A stretch of 64,000 nt of DNA from an uncultured virus (IMG/VR IMGVR_UViG_3300031974_001836) (lineage: Duplodnaviria; Heunggongvirae; Uroviricota; Caudoviricetes), in the IMG/VR virus record IMGVR_UViG_3300031974_001836, one strand, 5' to 3'. Positions 26,247 to 34,474 of this stretch are shown here, piece by piece (the stretch's first letter is position 1; each line of letters begins with the position of its first letter). A program made the translations under genes and the position numbers. The notes beneath the pieces were generated by a model. It ran no database searches, had not been told where the DNA came from, and saw only the letters and a list, made by a program, of their open reading frames with translations.

Positions 26247-26871
26247 TCAAATAGTCCTTACGATATAGTTGCTTAATTCTTCGACGTTGTTGGGTCGTAA
26301 TAATACTATTATAGACCTTCATTTTAGTCTGGTTCTCTCGAATGTCCAACTTCTCATCCGAATAACCAAGACCACAAGCCTCGTTTAAGAATATCATAAG
26401 TTGTGATAATTCGTCAATATAAACTACCATGTCATAATCCTCCGGTTTCCCCATATACCACGTCTGTGTATAGAAGTGGTTGTTTTTCAGGGTACCATCC
26501 TCAATCCTATCAAGGACTAGGTCTAGTTCCGTCTCTAAGGACGGGCACTCATCTGCTCTTCCTTGACGGATATATTCTGCTTGATTTTGAACCAAGTACT
26601 CGCAAGCAGATCTAAACCTAACAACCGGATCACGTCTTACTGCGATTCGATAACTACCCTTACGAAATGGAATGTCAAACTGATCTCCGTGCTCTCTTAC
26701 TTTATTGAGTCGTTCGACACGACCGATATAGTCATCGACCCCCCGTATAAACCTATGTAGTTCTTTCAGGGTAGACATTCCATTTTTAGGACACATCCTA
26801 ACGTCAATATTGTTGGGAAAATACAACACATTGTCCGCGGGGGACATTTCATATTGTCGGGTGTTATGCAT
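26215..26871 (-). CDS. sulfotransferase family (Sulfotransfer_2-like) protein
   Basis: PKNGMSTLK 5'-PSB loop, RDPVVRFRSA 3'-PB motif and NHFYTQ. Confidence 0.75.
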   Translation of the reverse strand: MHNTRQYEMSPADNVLYFPNNIDVRMCPKNGMSTLKELHRFIRGVDDYIGRVERLNKVREHGDQFDIPFRKGSYRIAVRRDPVVRFRSACEYLVQNQAEYIRQGRADECPSLETELDLVLDRIEDGTLKNNHFYTQTWYMGKPEDYDMVVYIDELSQLMIFLNEACGLGYSDEKLDIRENQTKMKVYNSIITTQQRRRIKQLYRKDYLNGWCKIEDRY

Positions 26872-27811
26872 TTTTTATTTCCACGTTTGCCATGACCTCT
26901 GTGAGACAAGCAACCAAGTTGAGTTCATGGTCCGCAACGAATGCGTTCTTGTACTGATAGTCCGCAAGGATAAGAACCAGTTGCGGAATACTAGTCGGTA
27001 CAACGAAGTCGTACATCCGATCATAGAGACCTCTGAAGATTGCTGCAGGTTCTACGTCAACGTTGTTGACTACCCATGATCGCATCTTCTTGAAGTTCTT
27101 GTCACGGATCGCACCGAACAGTTGTGTGTACGTATCCGATATATCAGAGTCCTTACTTGGGGGCAAACTCAATGTCCCCGAGATAGATCCTCTCTGACAT
27201 TCATTCAGCACTCGACGCCAGTCGGGTGCGTGTCGCATAATTATTTGTGCTACAGTATCATTGTCAAAAGCAACTTCCTCCGACTCCAGTATTATACGGA
27301 GTCTTCCCATAAACTGACCACATAATTGTGCCATCGTTTTCTTGTCGAAGTTAAACACGTACTTCGAGCATCGGGAATGTAGGGGATCAATGATCTTGTT
27401 CTCAAAGTTGCAGGTCATGATGAACCGACAATTTTTGGAGAACTCTTCAATAAACCCACGTAATGCGGGTTGTGTGGACTGTGGATTTAGGTAGTCTGCC
27501 TCATCAAGGATGACCACTTTGTAACCACCGGACAACGAGACAGAAGAGGCAAACTGCTTGATCTTTCCTCGTAGTGTATCAATGTTACCTTCTTCTGACC
27601 CGTTGATTACGATGTAGTCCAGATCTAGTTCTTCACAGATTGCCCGTGCGATCGTAGTCTTTCCAGTGCCAGCAGTGCCAGCAAACATCATGTTGGGCAG
27701 TTCACCACCGTTTACGATGTTTTGAAAAGTAGTCTTTAGGTCTTCGGGAAGAATCGTCTGCTGGACAGACGTAGGTCGATATTTCTCGACCCACAGAAAC
27801 TCATTACTCAT
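26864..27811 (-). CDS. gp44: clamp loader large subunit (gp44)
   Basis: LWVEKYRP, GTAGTGKT, DEADYL and HSRC. Confidence 0.96.
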   Translation of the reverse strand: MSNEFLWVEKYRPTSVQQTILPEDLKTTFQNIVNGGELPNMMFAGTAGTGKTTIARAICEELDLDYIVINGSEEGNIDTLRGKIKQFASSVSLSGGYKVVILDEADYLNPQSTQPALRGFIEEFSKNCRFIMTCNFENKIIDPLHSRCSKYVFNFDKKTMAQLCGQFMGRLRIILESEEVAFDNDTVAQIIMRHAPDWRRVLNECQRGSISGTLSLPPSKDSDISDTYTQLFGAIRDKNFKKMRSWVVNNVDVEPAAIFRGLYDRMYDFVVPTSIPQLVLILADYQYKNAFVADHELNLVACLTEVMANVEIKNA

Positions 27812-27844
27812 AGATACCTCATAATATAATGTGTGATGGGAAGT

Positions 27845-27874
27845 ATTATACTACAACGACAACCCATCTGTAAA
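27845..27874 (-). promoter_or_regulatory. early-type promoter
   Basis: TTTACA-N18-TATAAT. Confidence 0.6.
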
Positions 27875-27950
27875 CACAGTCACTGATCTATTTAGACGAA
27901 TGTTGTTCGAATTTTCGATCGGAATTTTTGATAAAAACAATCAATAATAC

Positions 27951-28544
27951 CTATAATCGACCATCGGCATATGCGTGGTTGACTTTGGCATGGTGCATCT
28001 CATCACGTCGGACGCACTTGATCATGTCTGAGAGCATTGCACCCTCACCAAGTTCACTATAGTAATCAATAGCAATCTGTGGTGCTGGTACGTTGGCAAT
28101 GTCACCAGACTCGATTAGTTTCAAATAGTTGGTGTAACTCTGTACGGCCTCTTCCTCGAAGTATCCTGTCATACGATGTGCAGTCTTCGGGAATACCATG
28201 TACATGACCAGATAGTAGTGCCAGAAGATGAACTGAACGATAATAACCAACACCCTCTCAAAGATGTTAGGGTGAGTGATCTCCATAAAGAACATCAAGT
28301 GCTTTCGTTCGTTCGTTGCTTCGTCTAACAACTCTTGGATCTTTGTACCGTTACCCTTCTGCATTTTACGCAGACTATACAGGTGAGTTAGCATACCACC
28401 CACCATACCAGGGACTCCAGCAACCGTTTCTAGGATGAGAGCACGTTTTCCATAGTTGTTTCTGAAAAATGTGTCTGCGAAAAACCTGAAGAACGAGGTC
28501 ATGGATCTGGCAAACGTGTCTGAAATTTTCGTAGATAAACTCAC
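27951..28544 (-). CDS. aox: alternative oxidase (ubiquinol oxidase)
   Basis: All four di-iron motifs: LETVAGVPG, EATNERKHL, FEEEAVQSY and RRDEMHH. Confidence 0.93.
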   Translation of the reverse strand: MSLSTKISDTFARSMTSFFRFFADTFFRNNYGKRALILETVAGVPGMVGGMLTHLYSLRKMQKGNGTKIQELLDEATNERKHLMFFMEITHPNIFERVLVIIVQFIFWHYYLVMYMVFPKTAHRMTGYFEEEAVQSYTNYLKLIESGDIANVPAPQIAIDYYSELGEGAMLSDMIKCVRRDEMHHAKVNHAYADGRL

Positions 28545-28558
28545 GGGGTCTCCAATAA

Positions 28559-28634
28559 TGGTGCCGCCACGAGGAATCGAACCCCGGACCTACTGATTAC
28601 AAATCAGTTGCTCTACCTGCTGAGCTATAGCGGC
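28559..28634 (-). tRNA. tRNA-Thr(UGU)
   Basis: GCCGCTA TAGCTCAG...ACTGA-TTTGTAA-TCAGT...TGGCGGC-A-CCA. Confidence 0.95.
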
Positions 28635-28882
28635 AAATTGTCCACATAGTTTTGTTTCTTCTGCTTACGTCTTTCCGTAAGAGACCTTACTATGTATATG
28701 CGAGTGAATGCTACAACCGATATTCCTGCGGTTAAAATTGTAGACAATACTATAGGATCTGTAACTCCCCACTTAACGACTGCTAACCATGTGTAGAAGA
28801 TGTTAAGTGGGTAGTTGATGACTGTCCCCAATGCGACATGTATGGATGTCTCTTTGGCAATAAGGGGATCGTACAGTTTCAT
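28625..28882 (-). CDS. two-TM membrane protein
   Basis: AAGGAG SD and two hydrophobic segments; the stop codon lies inside tRNA-Thr. Confidence 0.7.
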   Translation of the reverse strand: MKLYDPLIAKETSIHVALGTVINYPLNIFYTWLAVVKWGVTDPIVLSTILTAGISVVAFTRIYIVRSLTERRKQKKQNYVDNLPL

Positions 28883-28886
28883 AAAA

Positions 28887-28953
28887 TGACTCCTTGGGCA
28901 ATTACAAAATCATAATATATCGTGTTCTTGGGCAAGAAAATCCCAAGGAGTCA
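28887..28953 (-). promoter_or_regulatory. SD-sequestering inverted repeat
   Basis: 12-bp perfect IR TGACTCCTTGGG/CCCAAGGAGTCA. Confidence 0.6.
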
Positions 28954-28959
28954 AAACCA

Positions 28960-29202
28960 TTAAGAGTCGTCAGATTCTGCTTCTACTTCTGCTTCTGCCG
29001 CCTCTGCATGTGCTTTAGCAATCTGCTCGTATAAAGATACGACCTGAATTGCTTGGTCACGTAATTGACCAATAGTAGTTAGTTCTTCACCTTTGAACCC
29101 ACCACGTGTAACTACAGTGTCGACCACTGCAACAGTAGAACGTGCTACTCGATTAGCAAGATCCATAAAGGATGCTTGCTCTTCTGACATAATGCTAGAC
29201 AT
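28960..29202 (-). CDS. hypothetical protein
   Basis: 80 aa ORF directly after gp45, containing RGGFKGEEL..IGQLRD. Confidence 0.7.
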   Translation of the reverse strand: MSSIMSEEQASFMDLANRVARSTVAVVDTVVTRGGFKGEELTTIGQLRDQAIQVVSLYEQIAKAHAEAAEAEVEAESDDS

Positions 29203-29203
29203 T

Positions 29204-29881
29204 TTACTCTCCGTATGTTGATGTCTTTTCTAGTGCAATGAAGTATTGCGTACTAGAATTAATTGATCGAAAATGTGAAATCAGTTTGGTAGAGACAGAT
29301 ACCTCGTAGTCCTCACCAATCAACTTCAGGTTATTCACTCCCATGATGAAGTTGAAGTCAGACCCTTCGGGGAACGAACCCTCAACCAAAACAGAGAATG
29401 AGTTTGACGTGTTGTCACCCATATCGGTTACAGTGATCTCTACACTATTACCCGATGGTCGGATAGAGATCTCTTCACAACCCAAGGCAGACGATGCACG
29501 TTTGATCTTACTTAGGGTTTCGTTAGTCAACACGAATTTGACTTCACACTCAGGCATGATGATGTCTTTCTTAGGTGCAGAAAGCATATCGGGATCTGAG
29601 TAGAAGTATCGTACAGATGACAGACCACTACCATCTGCGATGGTGCAGAAATTTTCACCAAATGTGATAGATGGATTATCTACCAATGACAGCACAGACA
29701 AGAACTCAGAGAGATCATAGATGCCGAAGGTGCTAGGGAATGTCTCTTCAATCTCAGCACGAGAGACGATGTTCTTTGCGATAGACATAGTCTTCAACAC
29801 GTTACCACCGTTGACGACAATGTTTGGATTAATCGTCGAGAAGTTTCGCAGGATCTCGACTGTCCGACTAGATAGTTCCAT
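29204..29881 (-). CDS. gp45: sliding clamp (gp45)
   Basis: LRNFSTIN, FGIYDLSEFL and YFIALE. Confidence 0.95.
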   Translation of the reverse strand: MELSSRTVEILRNFSTINPNIVVNGGNVLKTMSIAKNIVSRAEIEETFPSTFGIYDLSEFLSVLSLVDNPSITFGENFCTIADGSGLSSVRYFYSDPDMLSAPKKDIIMPECEVKFVLTNETLSKIKRASSALGCEEISIRPSGNSVEITVTDMGDNTSNSFSVLVEGSFPEGSDFNFIMGVNNLKLIGEDYEVSVSTKLISHFRSINSSTQYFIALEKTSTYGE

Positions 29882-29910
29882 TGATAGGTTCCTCAGTTAA
29901 TATGTTGCTC

Positions 29911-29940
29911 ATTATATAATAGTGCAATGCCATCTGTCAA
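29911..29940 (-). promoter_or_regulatory. sigma70 consensus promoter
   Basis: TTGACA-N18-TATAAT. Confidence 0.7.
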
Positions 29941-31661
29941 GTGATATCTCGCATGCGACTAAAGTTCTTGTCCTTGATGAAGGACAGTTTGCGTTCGAAG
30001 TGTGCATCTTCCAACTCAGTTTTGTGAGAGATGACGAACACGTTGGTGTCATCTTTCAGGGTGTCGATGATCTTCATAAGATTGTCAACACCCTCACCGT
30101 CCAACGAAGAGTCGAACGTTTCATCTAGTATCAACAGATTGGTCGATACCGAATTCTTCATCTTAGCAATCTGTCTCCACGTGAATAGGAGAGACAGATC
30201 GATACGCTGCTTCTCACCTTCTGAAAACGAGTCGTACGAGAACGTGTCACGGTATCGTGATCGAATGGTCTCGTTGAAACTCTCATCGAGTTCGAAGTGT
30301 ACGAAGAAGTCTAGGATCTGCAAGTACTGGTTGGTCAACTCATTGATGACCGGAATGTACTGTCGGATGATCTTAGTTTTGATGCCTGTGTCACGCAACA
30401 GTTCAGACGCAACACGGTTATATGATGCTTTCTCATTCAGCAGAAACTTGGTGTCAGTCAACTGGTGGAGTTCTTCGTCCAACTCATTAAGATCAGCATT
30501 TGCCTGACCCATGTCACCGTCACTGTCTGCCATGCTCTGCAGATCTGCTTGAATCTTTTGTACCTGCTGCGTGAGACGACTGACCATCTGCATATTGTTG
30601 TTGATGAGATTCTGCTTCTCCATCAACTCTGACAACTGAGTTTCGTGAGACTCCATGTCTGACTGATACTGCTTCAGTTGCTCTTCTGCCTCAGTCATTA
30701 GTTTTTTGAGATCTTTTGCTCGATCACCGGCCGCAGTCTTCTTTGTAGTGCGAAGATCTTCTGCAATCTCCTGATCACAGGTCGGACAGTGTTCGTTCTC
30801 ATCGAAGAACTTTGCCTCTTTGACGACTGCCTTGACCTGTGTCGAGAACTGAGTCTGATATTTCTCCAACTTCTGCTTGTTGGTGCGGATCTTGCTTAAT
30901 TCTTCTTGGACTTTTGGCAACGAACTATTGACGGTCTCTGACAACTCTGCAGTCACTTCGTTGAAGGTTGCGATGTCAGCATTGAGACCATCGATCTCTG
31001 CTTCTTTGTCTTTGCGTTGCTGGGTATTGATAGCAGTCAGATCACGGATGTACTTCTTCTGTGAATTGATCTTAGTCTTGACCACTTCAATGAGATGGTT
31101 GTTGCCCTCAAGTTCGCCTTTGAGGAGAGAGGTTTTCTCCTTGAGTATCACATTCATTTTGGAAAATATGTTAATATCAAGAAGGTCTTCGATCACGTCA
31201 CGACGAGAAGTTGAGTTGAGTTGCATGAACGGGATAAAAGACGACGAACCGAGGACAACAATTTGGTGGAAACTCTTGTGAGACATCTGTAAGACGTTCT
31301 TCTCAAGAATCTCTTGATACTCTCGTGCATGGGAACTCTGGTTGATCATGGTGCCATCTTTCCAGATCTCAAACTTGGTTGGTTTGATTCCACGTACGAC
31401 TTTGTACTGGACACTGTTTACCGTGAACTCAACCTCACAACGACAGTCTTTGTTGTTGATTGTGTTGATCAACTGGTTCTTGTTGATCTTACGGTGTGCC
31501 TTACCGAACAATGCAAACGACAGTGCGTCGAGCATTGTGGACTTACCTGCACCGTTCTCCCCTACAATGAGGTTAGTGGAACGGTCAAGGAAATCGATTT
31601 CATTAAAGTAGTTGCCCGTCGAAAGAAAATTCTTCCAACGAAGTTTCTCGAATTTGATCAT
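29937..31661 (-). CDS. gp46: recombination nuclease ATPase subunit (gp46, Rad50-like)
   Basis: GENGAGKS, zinc hook CPTC, FSEGEKQRIDL, LDETFD and ISH. Confidence 0.96.
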   Translation of the reverse strand: MIKFEKLRWKNFLSTGNYFNEIDFLDRSTNLIVGENGAGKSTMLDALSFALFGKAHRKINKNQLINTINNKDCRCEVEFTVNSVQYKVVRGIKPTKFEIWKDGTMINQSSHAREYQEILEKNVLQMSHKSFHQIVVLGSSSFIPFMQLNSTSRRDVIEDLLDINIFSKMNVILKEKTSLLKGELEGNNHLIEVVKTKINSQKKYIRDLTAINTQQRKDKEAEIDGLNADIATFNEVTAELSETVNSSLPKVQEELSKIRTNKQKLEKYQTQFSTQVKAVVKEAKFFDENEHCPTCDQEIAEDLRTTKKTAAGDRAKDLKKLMTEAEEQLKQYQSDMESHETQLSELMEKQNLINNNMQMVSRLTQQVQKIQADLQSMADSDGDMGQANADLNELDEELHQLTDTKFLLNEKASYNRVASELLRDTGIKTKIIRQYIPVINELTNQYLQILDFFVHFELDESFNETIRSRYRDTFSYDSFSEGEKQRIDLSLLFTWRQIAKMKNSVSTNLLILDETFDSSLDGEGVDNLMKIIDTLKDDTNVFVISHKTELEDAHFERKLSFIKDKNFSRMRDIT

Positions 31662-32716
31662 GCTATCTCTACAGCCTGTGCTTCTATCATCAACTCAGAT
31701 ACCACATTCTTGATGCGGTCTTTGTCGAGATCAGTATCGACCTCTTGGATGTAATTATAGATTAAAGTTTCCGTGTCGTCAACCCTTAATGCTTCATCTG
31801 AGACATTTTCACCACGGAACTCACGGAAGTCTTCTGCGATCTTCAGTTCGTGGATCTTCTGCTGTTGGATGCGTTCGACGTATCGTTCGAACTTCTGCAT
31901 GTCGGATCGGTTGGATACAATCAGTTTGACGAATTTACCATCAAGGTATGATAAGTCTTCGAAATACTTGACTGTGTCCTCATCATAGTAGATCTTGTGA
32001 AACATTGTCACTGTATTCTGAACAGGGGTTAGTTCACGAGTCTCCGTGTCGTAGATGTGGAAGTACTTGGGATCGTGTGCGTCATTCCAGAAGAACTCCA
32101 TCTGCGCACCAAGATAGTGTATGTTGCCTTTACTTGACTTGGTGTGGAAGTGTCCGGACAGAACTGTCTCGAACTTCTGTAGGGGACGTGCGTCCATGCC
32201 GTCCTTACATACAAGACCCTTGTCCATCTCGAATCCTGCAAGTTCAAAGTGACCACCGATAACATCTGCACCGCAGTTGTCAAGGAAGGTCATTACCTCT
32301 TTCTCGTTCTCTGGGCAGATCCAAGGCACCAGACCAAACTTGACAGACCCATACTCGCGCACGATGGGTTCCATGAGGATATCGACCTCATTCATGTAGT
32401 GCCCCATCAATTCCTTGAGGGAGTTTAGATCGTTGGTGTTTTTGAAATAGACATCGTGGTTACCTGGTATAATGTCCATGTGGATATTGTACTCACGCAA
32501 CTTGTCTAGGAAGATCCTACGGTTGTGACTGAGTGCCTTGAGGTTGACCGTCTTACGATTGTCGTAGTAGTCTCCAAGGTGTAGGATCTGGGTGATGTTG
32601 TTCTCAAGCAGATACGGAAAGAAAACGTCTCCGTAGAAACGTTCCTGATAATCCATAAAAACTTCAGAAGAATTACGACACCCGCAATGGGTATCATTCA
32701 AGATTGCGATTTTCAT
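31658..32716 (-). CDS. gp47: recombination nuclease subunit (gp47, Mre11-like)
   Basis: NDTHCG, LGDYYD, GNHD, GHFEL and SGHFH. Confidence 0.96.
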   Translation of the reverse strand: MKIAILNDTHCGCRNSSEVFMDYQERFYGDVFFPYLLENNITQILHLGDYYDNRKTVNLKALSHNRRIFLDKLREYNIHMDIIPGNHDVYFKNTNDLNSLKELMGHYMNEVDILMEPIVREYGSVKFGLVPWICPENEKEVMTFLDNCGADVIGGHFELAGFEMDKGLVCKDGMDARPLQKFETVLSGHFHTKSSKGNIHYLGAQMEFFWNDAHDPKYFHIYDTETRELTPVQNTVTMFHKIYYDEDTVKYFEDLSYLDGKFVKLIVSNRSDMQKFERYVERIQQQKIHELKIAEDFREFRGENVSDEALRVDDTETLIYNYIQEVDTDLDKDRIKNVVSELMIEAQAVEIA

Positions 32717-32745
32717 AAGGACTCAACTCGACTTATATGGAGAAT

Positions 32746-32774
32746 ATTATACTACAAATAAGGGGTTGTGTCAA
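32746..32774 (-). promoter_or_regulatory. sigma70 consensus promoter
   Basis: TTGACA-N17-TATAAT. Confidence 0.75.
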
Positions 32775-32776
32775 GT

Positions 32777-32896
32777 TCAATCTGAAAATCTTCCGTCCTC
32801 AATGAGGTGGTGTAGTCGGTGTGTAAAGATAGTCCACACCAATCGAGGTAGGGAACTCTCTTTGTAGGTTCCCGCTTTGCATTCATAAGTCCACAT
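32777..32896 (-). CDS. small protein (39 aa) coupled to gp55
   Basis: Hand-translated MWTYECKAGTYKESSLPRLVWTIFTHRLHHLIEDGRFSD; TAATG overlap. Confidence 0.55.
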   Translation of the reverse strand: MWTYECKAGTYKESSLPRLVWTIFTHRLHHLIEDGRFSD

Positions 32897-33483
32897 TATT
32901 CCATCCACTCCGATAGGTCTGAGTCAACATTTACTGCACGACGTTTGCGTTTCTTTTCTTCCTTTGCGTACTCTTTGAACTCTTGATCTGCATCTTTAAC
33001 CGCATCAATACGCATGCGTAGAGTGTCTACAAAAGGAGAGTTGTAAGGGTGGAATCCACCATCGTCATCATCTGACAAAAACTCACTCACGTCTGCTTCT
33101 GAGATATACTTCAGTTTGATGTCCTGCTGCTTCTTCTCCTTTTGGATCCTTCGGATGAAAGCATACCACGAGATCTGTGTGAAGTAAGCAAATGCGTTTG
33201 GTTTGCCCGAACGAGTTGCCGCTTCGATATCGTAGTTCTCGATTGCCTTAAGGCAGTTCTCCACTGCATCCATCACCATCTCTTCACGATAGGTGTACCG
33301 AACAAAGTTTGCCTTGTGGGAGAGACCCTCTGCAATCTTAAGAAAGCACGAAGCAATATAATCAGTGACAACAGGGTTGGGACGACCACCGTCCTTTGCC
33401 TCCTTTACCGTCGTACAGTAATCTACAACTGCTTCGGAAAATTGCCTGTTGTTCACGTAGTGAGGTTTTTCTTTAGGTTTCAT
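32896..33483 (-). CDS. gp55: late transcription sigma factor (gp55)
   Basis: HYVNN, IAEGLSHKANF..YTYREEMVMDAVENCL and NAFAYFTQI. Confidence 0.96.
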   Translation of the reverse strand: MKPKEKPHYVNNRQFSEAVVDYCTTVKEAKDGGRPNPVVTDYIASCFLKIAEGLSHKANFVRYTYREEMVMDAVENCLKAIENYDIEAATRSGKPNAFAYFTQISWYAFIRRIQKEKKQQDIKLKYISEADVSEFLSDDDDGGFHPYNSPFVDTLRMRIDAVKDADQEFKEYAKEEKKRKRRAVNVDSDLSEWME

Positions 33484-33513
33484 AATATACAACTTCTATT
33501 TTTTAATACGGTA

Positions 33514-33542
33514 ATTATACCCTATTTTGACTTATATGTCAA
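33514..33542 (-). promoter_or_regulatory. sigma70 consensus promoter of gp55
   Basis: TTGACA-N17-TATAAT. Confidence 0.75.
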
Positions 33543-33962
33543 TCCAATTCCGGTGTTGTAGGCAACTCTTTGTCGCAACTCACTTGACGAAAAACGATGC
33601 GAACGTTCATTAAAATAGAACTCTATGCCACGTTTACGTCCGATGTCCTTACCCGTGAAATCCTTCTCACGATACTCTTCACCCAGTATTTGGATGTCCA
33701 GATTATATAGAGATAAGATATCTTCCAAATCCTTCTCCGTCTGGTAGGGGATGATCTCATCAACATAACTAACCGCCCTCAGTTGGGTGTATCTCTCAAC
33801 CAAAGTCTGTACGGGTTTGTTCTTAGTGTCGGGTCGATCGATGGTAGGGTCTGTCTGTAGACCGACGATCAAGTAATCACATTGATCCTTCGAGTGACGT
33901 AGGAGTTGAATATGACCCACATGTAAGAGATCAAAGGTAGAACAAGTAAATCCTATTTTCAT
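33522..33962 (-). CDS. cytidylyltransferase (TagD/glycerol-3-phosphate CTase-like)
   Basis: TFDLLHVGH, ER...VDEI and RSHRFSSSELR. Confidence 0.9.
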   Translation of the reverse strand: MKIGFTCSTFDLLHVGHIQLLRHSKDQCDYLIVGLQTDPTIDRPDTKNKPVQTLVERYTQLRAVSYVDEIIPYQTEKDLEDILSLYNLDIQILGEEYREKDFTGKDIGRKRGIEFYFNERSHRFSSSELRQRVAYNTGIGLTYKSK

Positions 33963-33979
33963 AATATTTTTAAAAGTCC

Positions 33980-34008
33980 TTGACAGAATGCGATTTATAG
34001 TGTATAAT
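33980..34008 (+). promoter_or_regulatory. orphan plus-strand sigma70 consensus promoter
   Basis: TTGACA-N17-TATAAT with no plus-strand gene downstream. Confidence 0.65.
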
Positions 34009-34039
34009 CTCTTTAACCAAAGGGGAGAATAGTATACCC

Positions 34040-34474
34040 CTAGTTCATGATCATTCCGTCAGTGTCAGAATCGATGTAATCATCATCACGATCCATCTCT
34101 CTCAGAAAATTCTCAAGGTCTTGTTCAACCTCCGGAGACAGTTCGTCCCAGTCATCAACCAAAGATTTTTGTTCTTGCTCCGTTAGGAACTCTGCCATTT
34201 CACCCAGAGCATTCTTGTACTGAGTAACCATGTCTTCTGTTGGTACTGCAAGAGACATGATCTTGTCAGTGAACATCACCATACAATTCTGAGGTGTATC
34301 CTGGTATACCATATATGTTTTGAAAGCATAGTACTTTTGTTCATTTCCGAACTTCTTCTCCAAGAGGGAGAGTGCATTACGGATAATGATATTATCTCCA
34401 CTTTCAGTGATTAACTCACAGATTAGTTCTTCACCATTAATCAACTTCAGGTGCTTGATATTCTCTGTTTTCAT
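34040..34474 (-). CDS. hypothetical protein (possible Sm-like fold)
   Basis: IKHLKLINGEELICE N-terminus and acidic tail; follows uvsW. Confidence 0.7.
   Translation of the reverse strand: MKTENIKHLKLINGEELICELITESGDNIIIRNALSLLEKKFGNEQKYYAFKTYMVYQDTPQNCMVMFTDKIMSLAVPTEDMVTQYKNALGEMAEFLTEQEQKSLVDDWDELSPEVEQDLENFLREMDRDDDYIDSDTDGMIMN

Noticed and set aside
27951..28544. PTOX, implying a cyanophage
   Set aside because: The motifs fit AOX, and no photosynthesis genes are present in the window.
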